In this document: piece after piece, positions 45,782 to 57,533 of the stretch
Numbering within the stretch: the stretch's first letter is position 1
Layout: each line of letters starts with the position of its first letter
Assembly (NCBI RefSeq): GCF_016433145.1
Contig: NC_058133.1
Location: forward strand, 257,983,264-258,047,263
DNA length: 64,000 nucleotides
Reading direction: 5' to 3'
From: Gracilinanus agilis
Taxonomy: Eukaryota
Notes under the pieces: model-generated
The model's database searches: none
What the model was told of the DNA's origin: nothing
What the model saw: the letters and a program-made list of their open reading frames with translations, nothing else
Position numbers and translations under genes: made by a program

Positions 45782-48700
45782 GTGAGTCTTTTCTGTTGTC
45801 AGGTACAGATTTTACAGTCTCTAATGAAGGGCTAACTCTCCTCCTCAGGAGTGTCAGGGTGGAATTGGGAAATTTAATTCTTAATATCATGGCCCATGTC
45901 TTGTGGAGGGAATGAAGAAGCTATCTATATCATTAGAAACATTTTATTAGTAAATATTCAAATAATTGTTTGACTCCTAGGACTAAGCTTTAGTAGGAAT
46001 TAATAACGTAAGAATAAATAAAACAGATTTTAGAGTCAGGAGTCCTAGGTTCAGATGCCACCTCTAATACTCACTACTTGGGTGACTGTGAATTAGTCAC
46101 TTAACCTCAGTGGGACTCAGTTCCCTTACCTATTAAATGAAGAGGCTGAACTGGTTTCTTATGAAATCTCTTCTGGCTTTAAATCTATAACCCCTATGCT
46201 CTATGACACATTGGAGCATATAGGGATGGCACGCAGAATTCTCTGACTTCTTATTTCGGGAGTTGGGACTCCTGAGAGTGATCAGAGGTTACTGCTAAAG
46301 TGACTCATTTTCTGCCTGCTAACCCAGTGTGCCATCTAAAGGATTACAGAGTTTGGGTGACCAGTCACTGGTTCTATGTTGGAAGCATGTAGGGGATTTG
46401 GGCCACAAGAGATTTCAAGAATGATTCATAGGAAGCCTGGGAATCCCTGCAGACCTCAGATTCTTTGAATTTGGGGTCTCTATCCCCTTTGCAGATTTCA
46501 CAAGACTGTACTTCTGAGCCCTCCCTTTCTGGTCACTCCTTAGGTTACAGTGCAGCTTTCTGGCATATGTACTCCCTAAAGTTATGAACTAATACCCCCA
46601 AGTACAACCATCAAATTCCTCTCCCACTCCTACTCCACAATCAATATATATATACACTGAGGGCAGCTAGTATAGGTGGCTTGGTGGATTGAGAGGCAGA
46701 CCTAGAGACAAGAGGTCCTAGGTTCAATGTGTGACGTTGGGCAAGTCACTTAACTCCCGTTGCCTAGCCTTTACTATTCTTCTGCCTTGGAACCAATATA
46801 TAGTATTGATTTTAAAGTGGAAGATAAGAGTTAAAAAAAAAGAGATATATACTCTGCCAAAAGATTCCCACACACATTTGGCTTAAATATTTGAAATTAA
46901 GACCATTTCAGAAGATCCAAAATGTAGAATCCATGTAACCTTAGGGCCTCTGGTATCATATATTCCTGAAGCCAGATTCCATCACACATGTCACTGGGAA
47001 CAAGGTCTCAGCAATAAGTTCCATTGGCTCAGTTGAGGAATGCTATTCCAGGCTAGATCTGAGCACAGCTCCCATCATCACTCACTCCTTCCTTTACTGT
47101 ATGGGGGTCCTAGAAGCCATAACCCAAGACACAGGTACCTGTGAAAACATCTATCCAGCAAAATGAGGGCTCAAGCCAAGGAAATCCAGGTATCAGGACA
47201 GACTTTCCAGTGTCACTTCTGTACTCATTCCATTCTCCTTCCCCCAAAATTTCACATCCTACCTCCACAAAGTACCCAGATACATCAACTCATTATCTGA
47301 CACTCCTAAAACCCACGGTGGAAACACCAGAGCATTCAGTCCCTTCTCTCTTCTCCTGTTCCTATCAACGTTGTTAAGGGGAAATTTCTTGGTTTAATGT
47401 ATTTTCTTCTATCTCCCTTTTCTGCCAGGAAGAACTTGATCTTTCTCCTTCTCTCCTCTCCAACTTTTCTCCCTTCCCAGGTCCATTCTTTCCTCTTTTC
47501 TTGTCTTCCTCATATTGTCTGTCTTCTCATCTTTTCTAACCAACCCATATCTGTCTCCTCATCTGATTCCTCATTATTCTGAAACATCCTTTTCCCTCCT
47601 CCTTACCTTTAGTGACCAATGTCTCTGTGATCTTTCACTCTCCTGCTACAGATCACGTAATCAACTCTGTGACATTTGTTCAGACCCACAAACCATCTGG
47701 GCAGTTTCTGCATGAATTTGATGGGGATGAGCAATTCCACGTGGACCTTGACAGGAAGGAAATAGTCTGGCGGCTTCCTGAGTTTGGCCACATCTTCAGT
47801 TTCAGTGCACAGATTGGGTTAGGCAACATTGCCGTGGATATGGCTAACCTGAATCACCTTATCAGGCAAACCAATCACACTCGGGCCACAGTTGGTAAAC
47901 ACTCTTCTTTCTTCCCTGGGAGTAGCCAGTGTGACATTTATGGGGAAGAGGATGCTCGGGGTTCCTGCTCTGTAATATACTCAGATTTTCTCCTCATGAG
48001 AATTATGGATCTTCCCAGAAGAAGGTTTTGTTTCTAGTAGTCAATGCCTTGGTTGGGGTCAGAGGGGATAAAAATATTTAGTTTCTCCTACACAATCCTC
48101 AGACCTCTGGTTCAGTTAACCTAGGACCTCTGAGACATAACTCTTTCTTCAATGACTTCTTTCTACTTAGGAACCTTGGTCCTGCCACCACTGGTATCTG
48201 CCCAGATCATTCCTGGAAGATAGTGGGGCTTGTCAGCTCTCAAAATCCAAAGGGCTTAGAGGAAGGGGAAATGAAGACTTTGGATCCAAACTAGTAGCTA
48301 GGTGGCACAGTGGATAGAGCACTAGTCCTAGCAACAGGAAAATCTAAGTTCAAATCTGGCTTTAGATACTTACTAGCTGTGTGTCCCAAGTCATTTAACC
48401 TGTTTGCCTCAGTTTCCTCCTCTGTAATTCCCATCTCCCTGGGAGATATTATCAAATCAGATAACAGTTGTAAAATGCTTAGTTCTCTACATGACACTTA
48501 CCAATTGCTATATTAGTGTTAACTAGTGTTATTATTATAATTGTTATAGTTTAATAGCATTTAATTAATTACTAATTAAATTTAAAATAATTAATGATAA
48601 TAAATTATTATGATATAATTTAATGGAACTTAGAAAAAAATTTAAAGGCAGTCATATTTAAGAATTACTGTAGAATGAAGCTTCACAGATTTGATTTAGG

Positions 48701-50100
48701 AATTTAAGGGGAAATGTTTGGATGCTTAAGAAAGGTGTGTTTCCCCAAACCCTCCATTTTATGTGGGGCTATACTCAGTAGTAAGTTAGGCTATGTTCTC
48801 CTTCAGTGGCTCCAGAGGTGACAGTATTTCCCAAGGAGCCCGTGGAACCAGAAGAGCCCAATCTGCTCATCTGCCACATTGATAAGTTCTCACCCCCAGT
48901 GATCAATGTCACATGGCTGCGCAATGGACAGTCAGTCACCACAGGGATAGCTGAGACTGTCTTCCTGCCTCGAGATGACTATTCTTTCCACAAGTTCCAT
49001 TACCTCACTTTCTTCCCCTCGAATGATGATGTCTATGACTGCGTGGTTGAACACTGGGGCCTGGAAAAGCCACTTTTCAAGCACTGGGGTATGAATCCAT
49101 ACATTTGGAGCTCCTTGACCCTCTCCTCTCCTCAATGTCTCCTTTCTTCCACCCTCCTCAAGCACCAAACTCTTCCCCCCCCCTTTTTTTTTTTTGAGTA
49201 CAAATTGTCATGTCACTTTTTTTTAATTTGAAACATTTTATTTAATTAATTAATTTAGAAGATTTTTCCATGATTACATGATTTATGTTCTTTCCCTCCC
49301 CTCTTTCACCCTCCTCTTGTAGCCAACACACAATTCTACTGGGTTTTAAATATGTCATTGATCAAGACCTATTTCCATGTTATTAATATTTGCATTAGGA
49401 TGATCGCTTAGAGTCTACATCCCCAATAATAACCCCATTGACCCATGTGATCAAGCAGTTGTTTTTCTTCTGTATTTCTACTCCCACAGTTCTTCCTTTG
49501 AATATGGGTAGCATTCTTTTTCATAAGTCCCTCAGAATTGTCCTGGATCATTGCATTGCTGCTAGTAGAGAATTCCATTACAATCGATTGTGCCACAGTG
49601 TATTTGTCTCTGTGTATGAGGTCTCCTGGTTCTGCTCCTTTCACTCTGCATCAATTCCTGGAGGTCATTACAGTTCACATTCCAATTCATTATTCCTTCC
49701 AGCACAATAGTATTCCATCACCAGCATATACAACAATTTGTTCAGCCATTCCCCAATTAAAGGGCATTCCCTCATTTTCCAATTTTTTGCCACCACAAAG
49801 AGCAATTCCTTATTATCTCTACCAGACTCTTCCTAAAACCTATCTCCTAATGCTCCCCAAAATGACTTTTTGATCTGAGGTGCTAAAATTAAAACTGTGC
49901 TCTGACGTTATTTTTCTTCCATTCTCACAGAACCTGAGATGCTCTCGCCACCATCTGAGACAATGGAGACACTTGTCTGTATTCTAGGACTGATTGTGGG
50001 CCTGGTGGGCATCATTGTGGGCATTCCCCTCATTATCAGAGGCTTGTGCTTAGGCAATGGGGCCCAACACCATAGATCCTGCACATCTCACCTTCTGTAA
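45700..50100 (+). CDS. DCA: MHC class II alpha chain gene, whole CDS span (DPA-like; probably marsupial DCA); about 258 aa
   Basis: Exons 45700-45781, 47652-47894, 48807-49088 and 49931-50100, all phase 1 GT-AG, 777 nt open. The DC name is inference by elimination. The C-terminal end is ambiguous (see findings). Confidence 0.92.
47652..47894 (+). CDS. Class II alpha exon 2 (alpha1 domain)
   Basis: ctcctgctacag|AT...GTT G|gtaaac, 243 nt. Encodes DHV...[38 protein letters not shown]...NIAVDMANL...NHT. Confidence 0.97.
48807..49088 (+). CDS. Class II alpha exon 3 (alpha2 Ig domain)
   Basis: ttctccttcag|TG...TGG G|gtatga, 282 nt. Encodes [14 protein letters not shown]...[21 protein letters not shown]...FHKFHYLTF...[18 protein letters not shown]. 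Confidence 0.97.
49210..49800 (-). mobile_element. LINE-1 3'-end fragment, antisense, in alpha intron 3
   Basis: T-rich tail then cattgctgctagtagag and cagccattccccaatt-aagggca, which matches the reverse complement of the L1 at 34436-35356. Confidence 0.8.
49931..50100 (+). CDS. Class II alpha exon 4 (connecting peptide, TM, tail)
   Basis: ttccattctcacag|AA. Encodes [56 protein letters not shown]. Not in the ORF track, read by hand. Confidence 0.93.
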
Positions 50101-50518
50101 GGATTTTTTTCCAGGGGCAGCTAGGTGGCAGGGGTTCAAGAACCAGGCCTGGAGATGGGTAGTGCTGGGTTCAAATCTGGCCTCAGATATTTCTGTGTGG
50201 TCACTTAACCCCCATTACCTAACTAAAATGGGGATAATAGCAACACTCATTTGGAAGTTGTGGTGAGGCTAGAATGAGATACTATCTGTAAAAAGTGCTT
50301 AATATAGTTCCTGGAACACAGTAAAATTATTTTTTAAACCCTTAACTTCTGTGTATTGGCTCCTAGGTGGAAGAGTGGTAAGGGTGGGCAATGGGGGTCA
50401 AGTGACTTGCCCAGGGTCACACAGCTGGGAAGTGTCATAGTAAATTTTATATAAATGCTATTCCCATCCTCACTCCCTTATTTGCATTTCACTTTTATCC
50501 TGATAGTAGAGTGGAAGA

Positions 50519-50592
50519 AGTTAAGTAAGTAAGTTAAGTTAAGTTAGTTAGCTTAAGTAAGTTAGTTAAATTTGTTAGTTAAGTCATTTCTA
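50519..50592. repeat. (TAAG/TTAAG/TTAG)n simple repeat
   Basis: agttaagtaagtaagttaagttaagttagttagcttaagtaagttagttaa is directly visible. Confidence 0.8.
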
Positions 50593-53500
50593 AGTAAGCT
50601 GGGCAGAAAACACACACCACAAAGTCAAGAATTATGCAACAGGTAAATGAGCTCAGTTTCCTGCATTAGTTATTGTTATTTTGGTCATGACCAACTTTTC
50701 TTGACCCCATTTGGCGTTTTCTTGGCAGAGATAGTGGAGTGATTTGTCACTTCCTTCTTTAGCCCATTTGACAGATGAGGAAACTGAAGCAAACGGGGTG
50801 AAATGACTTGCCCAGAGTCCAAGCCAGTAAGTGTCTGAGACCAGATTTGAACTTGGGAAGATGAGTTTTCCTGACCCCAGTCCTGGCACTCTATGCACAG
50901 TGCCACTTAGTTCCTCTGGATTAGGCACATCCTCAGATCAGTTTTGAAGTGTTTTCTGTCCTGAGACATTCTCATCTGTTCTCATCTGGAGCTCAATCAA
51001 GGAGCTAAGTGCACCAGACTAGAAAAAAATCATCTTGTTGAGGACAGCTAGATGGCTCAGTGGATAGAGAGCCAAACCTAGAGACAGGAGGTCTGGGGTT
51101 CCAATGTAGCCTTAGATATTTCCTAGCTGTGTGGCCCTGGGCAAGTCACTCAATCCCATTGCCTAGCCCGCTCCATCCTTCTAACTTAGAATCAGTCCAC
51201 AATATTGATTCTAAGATGGAAGGTAAAGGTTTAAAAAAATCATCTTGGGCCATGCTAGCCTGGGAAATTTTAGGTGAAAATTAAGTTTGTTTGGATAGTC
51301 TTCTTCTGGATTTATATATCTGCTTTTCCCTTGGAAAAGAAAATTCATGAAAATCCACTTGTGTGGCATAGAGTATATAGAGCCAAGGATTATTAGGGAA
51401 AGGTAGCTGCTGGAAAACCAGTTTTGGACAAATGCTGAGACTGGGGATCTAGAGCTGCAGGTCTCTGAACTCAGAAACCAAGGAAGATGGTGGCCTCAGT
51501 GCCAGGGGCCGGGGTTCTGTGATCTGTGATAGTCATGACAATAAAAGGTCAAAACCAGGAGCCAAAGACAAAAATCTCCTGGGCCAAATTTCTAAACAAC
51601 TTAGTTCAGTTCAGTGAAACCGAAGTCTAAGGTAAGGGGTATCTTGGACCCACTGAAACAGGCTCTTGAGTGCCAATTGTTAAATTTTCAGTGTGAGATT
51701 TTAAATGGTGGAAATCATAGGATGCTACAAATTAGGGCTTTATCGTTTTGTTAATTTCTTGACTTAAGAAAGTGATGAAGAAAATGTTAACAATGTAGAT
51801 TAAACATAAAAGTGTATCTTGCATACATTCCCCCATTACTCACCCCTACCCCAGAGAGCCAGTTAAATATTTACCAATCAATTCCTGGTCTCAAGGCTGG
51901 TTGGATCCTCCATAGTCATGTATTTAACTTCCCTGAATACTTGACTAATCATTTGGTAACCACCAAAATAGAGTTAATTAAATATTTTCTAAATATATCA
52001 TTTGTATCCTCTTTATCCCAAAGGTCAAAGGTAAATAGTCTTATTTTCTATTCCTTATTAATACTCTTTTAGAAGGGCAACTAGATGGCTTGGATAGGAG
52101 GTCCTGGGTTCAAATTTGGCCTGAAATACTGTACTACTTAAAAAAAATCCCTGACTTTCTGTTTTAGAATCAATATTGCACATTGGTTCTAAGAGCAGTA
52201 ATGATGTCAATAGGGATTTAAATGACTTGCCCAATCACACATCTGACTCTAGACTTGAACCCATGACCTCTGTTCTCTAAACCTGGCTCTCAATTCACTA
52301 AGCCTAACTCACTGCCCATTTCTTATCTTTAAAGACATAGCTAGGCGGCTAGTTGGCACAGTGGAAAGAGCACTATGCCTGAAATCTGGAAGATATGAGT
52401 TCAAATTGAGCCTCAGACACTTACTAGCTATGTGACCCTGGGCAAGGTACTTAAGTCTGCCCAAGTTTCCTCATCTGTCAAATGAGCTGGAGAAGGAAAC
52501 AGAAAACCACTCCAGTATCTTTGCCAAGAAAATCCCTAATTGGGTTACAAAGAGTCAGATATACCTGAAATGACTGAATAATATCAAAGATAGAGTTAGG
52601 GTAGGGCTTCAATGGAAGGAGAGTTTTCAATTTAGAAATAAAAGTTTATGGCTCACATGAACAGATATCCACTTAGAAAATTAACTTTAACTTCATAGAT
52701 GAGTTTGATATTGCCACACATTTTTTCTAATTTGTGTAATATTTAGTTTTTATTATATTTTTAGTTTTAATATTTTTAATATTTATTTCTATTTCTATTT
52801 ATTTTATATTATATCTAATATATATGTAATAGATATATTTATATTTATTATGACATTGAGCTTTAAGTGACTGAAACAACAATGGGAACAACGGGAAGAG
52901 TTTCCAGTCAGATTAATGATTGACAAGTAGGCTGAGGTTAGTGACTGACTGTTCACAATTTTTCATATGTTCTGTTCCATAAAGGTCACTTTTTGCAAGT
53001 AGGAACATTCAGTTGTATTGTCAGAACACCTGTGAACTCATAGAAATTCAGCGAATGCCAATTGACTGGTAATCCCTATGGATGTTTAATGTTCTCTGAC
53101 CCTCCAAATCTGTCTCATTTTAGTTCCATTCTGTTCTTATCACTTAGCTCTCCATCTTATCTCCCATCTTCCATTTTCCACAATATGATATGAAATTAAT
53201 TCACTTTTCATTAAAAATCCAGATGTGTAGAAAATGTAAAGGCTCAAGATATCAGGAGATCAGAATGGCTGGAGTTACTATTTGGGTGTTGTTGTTCAGT
53301 CACTTCAAGTATGTCCAACTCTTCACGACCCCATTTGGGGTTTTCTTGGCCAAGATACTGGAGTATCTCCTGTGTTCTCCAGCTCATTTTACAGGCAAGG
53401 AAACTGAGGCAACTTCTCTCCACTGCTAAGTGATTGCTAATGTCTCTGTCAATGTATTATTACTGTGCTGTTCCCACTGAACCTCCCCTCTCCTCTTATA

Positions 53501-55369
53501 GTCTTTTTGGCCTGCTGAGTAATCTCTGCTGTTTACATAATTTCTGTTGGGCATTGGTGGTTGTGGCCCAGTATTGCTGTATTTGTTGTTTTGTGTGACC
53601 CAGTATTGTAGTTGTTTCCGTTGCAAGGTACCACTCTGTTGAGTACGTCACCGAAAAAAGGATAATGTGCTTATCAAGCACTTACTATTTGCTAAGTGCT
53701 AGAGATAAAAGTACGGAAATCAAAAATAACATCTATCCTCACAGAACTTAAATTATCATGGGGGAGAAATCAAAGGGGAGTAGTGGCCGGGTCAGAACTG
53801 TGGGCTAGAAACTTACAGGGATAATGAATTGGGCACATCCCGTGCATTTTTCATGAGAAGTGAGTTAATTTCATATGATATTGTGGAATATGGAAGATGG
53901 GAGATAAGATGGAGAGCTAAGTGGTAAGAACAGAATGGAACTAAAATGAGACAGATTTGGAGGGTCAGAGAAGATGCCTAGAAAATGAAAAACCTCAAGA
54001 TACTGGGAGATCAGGATGGGTAGAGTTATCATTTGGTTCCTGGTGCCAGAGCTAGAGAGCAGCAGCGAGGAGGAGTTTGGGGAACCCTACATGCACAAAG
54101 TCAGAATTGAGGTGGAAGGACAGTCACAGATCTGTAGAGTGAGGTCCCAGGATCTAAGTTCCTCCAGGACCTGGTCTCTGGTTTGGGTAGAAGTGGTGGA
54201 GTGGATTTTCTCTCTGCTTGTGGTTTTAGGTGGAGTCCTGGAAAGGACTGCTATATTTTCTTCATTGTTTGGTCTTCCTGAAACCTACCATGCCCAGCAG
54301 AAACTATGAAATCTTCATAGGAGGTTTTGCATTTAAAGTCCTTCTTTCAGAAGAGTGGAATCAAATCCAAGTGGAAATAGGCATCTTTGGGCCACATACT
54401 GACTTAAAAAACCCCACTAAGTAACATTATCTATGCAGTATTTTTATTTACTTTATTAAACATTTCCTAATTATATTTCTAGTTTGGTTCTGGCTGTAGG
54501 CAGCCTCAGGACCATGAATATGACAAATCTGTTTTAGCAGCAGAAATCCCAACACCCAGTTCTTGGATTAAGGAAGGAAACCAAAACCCCAAACCCAAAC
54601 CCTAAATCCCTAAACCCAAATATCCTAAGGATAAACCCTGTATGCCTCTTTTGCTCTATGAACTGTGGTCTGTGTCTCAGAATATTAACTAATATAGCTT
54701 TCCTCTCCATAAAGGGTTGGATTTTGTGGTCTCTAAGATCACCTTTCATATCTAAATCTATTATGACTTATTTTTATTAATATATAAATAATAATAGTAT
54801 AATATATTATTATGATAATATATTAAGTCATAGCACCTAAATGGCAAGTCTTAAACCCTGTCCCTGCACCTTGCCTAGCTTGCAAGACTAACTAATGCCT
54901 AGCAAATGGTGCTATAGTTATAAGGGAATTGGGAACAGGAAAGAATGATGGCTTGGGGTGGTAATTGTTGTTGTTCAGTCATTTCAGTCATGTTTGACTC
55001 TCTGGAACCCCATTTGGAATTTTTTTGGCAAAGCTATTAGTGGCTTGCTATTTTCTTCTCCAGATCATTTTACAAATGAGGATACAGAGGCACAGAGGGT
55101 TAAGTGATTTTTCCAGAGTCACAGAGCTAGGAAGTGTCTGGTTACATTTGAACTAGGGTCTTTCTGACACCAGGCCTGACACTATCCAATGCACCACCTT
55201 AGCTGCCCTGAAGTGGTAATTAGGGGTATTACATTTTGTACTTTGTCTTTAATGCTTTCTTGAGATCATAATCTTGCTATTTTTTAAAAAAAAGTTTGTT
55301 TTTTTCTGAGAAGTTGGATGGCATCCAGTGCAAATTATATGATGGTGAGTCATGGAACACTAGAGTTTT

Positions 55370-56140
55370 TTTAATTTCATTTTTATTATCATGCAAAACA
55401 TAATTCCATATTGGTCAGTGTTGTAAAAGCAAACTCATACACAATCATCAAAACCCCAAAATAAAAACATAAATATACTGAGGTGAAAGATGACTCCAGC
55501 AGTTCTTTCTCTATAGGTAGATAGCATTCCCCATCATAAGTCCTTCAGGATTGTCCCAGATCAGTGCATTGCTGAGAGTAGCCAAGTTTTCACAGATAAT
55601 CTTCATACAATATTGCTGCTACCATGTACAATGATCTCCCAGTTCTGTTTGTTTTGCTCTTCATCACTTATTGCAGATTTTTCAGGTTTTTTTGAAATAT
55701 TCTTTCTTATCATTTCTTATAGCACAATAGTATTCCATCACAAACAGGTACCACAGTTTTTTTCAGCCATTCCCCAATTGATGGACACTCTTTCAATTTC
55801 AAATTCTTTGCCACTACAAAAAGAACAACAATAAATATTTTTGTATAAGTGGGTCCTTTCCCATTTTTTATTATCTCTTTGGGATATAGACGCTGTAGTA
55901 GTATTACCAGATCAATTTCACAACCCCTCCAACATTTACCACTTCCCTTTACTGCCATATTGACCAGTCTGATAGGTGTGAAGTGGTGTCTCAGTGTTGT
56001 TTTAATTTGCATTTTTCTAATTAGGAGTGATTTAGAATATTTTTCTCATATGATTATTGATGGTTTTAATTTCTTCATCTGAAAATTGCTTGTTCATATC
56101 CTTTGACCATTTATCAACTGGGGAAACACTAGAGTTTTAA
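55370..56140 (-). mobile_element. LINE-1 3' fragment with internal deletions
   Basis: ORF 55710..56012 encodes [16 protein letters not shown]...CWRGC...[10 protein letters not shown]1 ORF2 C-terminus. Confidence 0.88.
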
Positions 56141-57181
56141 AAGAAACCAAGCTTGAGAATCACCCAAAGGATAAAGAGGAGCGGGCACATGGTGGTTTTA
56201 AGTAGGCTGTACACATTATAAACCAAGAGTAAAGGGTAAATGTTGTAAAGTGGTGATGTCAAACTCAAATAGAAAGGCCATTAAAGTTTCCATAAGAATC
56301 TCTGTATGCTGCATATTGACCTAAAAATCTACAAATCAAGATTTTTGATATTATATTGTGAATTATTTTATTAAATATTTCCCAATTACATTTTGATCTG
56401 ATTCCCTGCAATCTGAAGTATTTATGACTCTGTGGTTTGACACCTGTCATAAAGGATGCAATGGAAGAATTATGAGTGAAAAGGAAGATGCGTTTGTTAA
56501 GTAGTAAGAGCTAGGGACAAAGGCAGCCTGGTTGCTTCAACGGAATCCTCTACCTGTTAAGAAAAAATGATACCCCTACCTCCAGGAGGTAGAATCCTCT
56601 CTTGGCTATTTTCTGCCAAGGACATATATAAGAATTACACAGTACAGGCGAGAATGGACAGGTTGTGATATGTGTCATCCATGTGATCACCTCTATTTAA
56701 GTGTTCAAGAGTTGTTTTTGAACACTGTGTGAAGTCAAGTGTTTCAATAACTATTGGGCTGGGAGGGAGAAAATTTAAGGGAACTATGAGCTCATGAGCC
56801 TTGACTGCATAATTTTGATCTCAAAGCCAAGATTCTTAGAGTAGTAGTAGGGATAGATTCAGTAAATAAGCCTAAAATAATCTCTACTAGTTTCTAAGTT
56901 ACATGATGGCTATAATAATTTTATTTTGGTTCAGTTTGCTGTTAAGCACATTTTGTAGTAGTAGTTACAGTCGTGTCCAACTCTTTATGACCCCATTTTA
57001 GGGTTTTCTTGGCAAAGCACTAGAGTGGTTTACTATTTCTTTCTCCAGCTCAGTTCACAGATGAATTTGAGGCAAACAGAGTTAAGTGAAGACCAGAATC
57101 TCCCAGCTAGTAAGTATCTGAGACCAAATTTGAACTCATGAATGAGTCTTCCTGATTCCCAGTTCAGTGCTCTATCTAATC

Positions 57182-57533
57182 CAGTGATGATAAACCTATG
57201 ATGTGTGTCACCACTGACACACGTAGCCATTTTCAATGACACGTGGCTGCATGTGACCGCATACAGAGAAGTATGGGGCCACATGCCAAGGATGAAACAT
57301 TTGTTGTAATGTAGTGTAGACACTCTGTGCACTATAGATGACAATTCTACCTATATTAATTTACCTATTTTGGTTTACTAAATACAGTTATATATTACAA
57401 TTATACATTTCTAAATTTAAACTATAAATATTGCAAAATTATGATTTTTTTCTCGAAGCAACACACCACCCGAGTTATGCTCAGTTTTTTGGTGAATTTT
57501 GACACACCAAGCTCAAAAGGTTGCCCATCACTG
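57182..57533. mobile_element. 352-bp non-autonomous hAT element with hAT1-like TIRs
   Basis: TIRs CAGTGATGATAAACCT and AGGTTGCCCATCACTG (13 of 16). 8-bp TSD atctaatc/atctaatt (7 of 8). Inserted at the end of a MAR1 SINE. Confidence 0.9.

Noticed and set aside
54016-54424. Acidic 97-aa ORF and overlapping 64-aa ORF
   Set aside because: No splice-supported model or recognisable domain. More likely a decayed retroelement segment.
54898-54932. CCTAGCAAATGGTG followed by ATTGG, resembling an X-Y module
   Set aside because: Spacing is about 13 nt rather than 19-21 and the X match is only 11 of 14.
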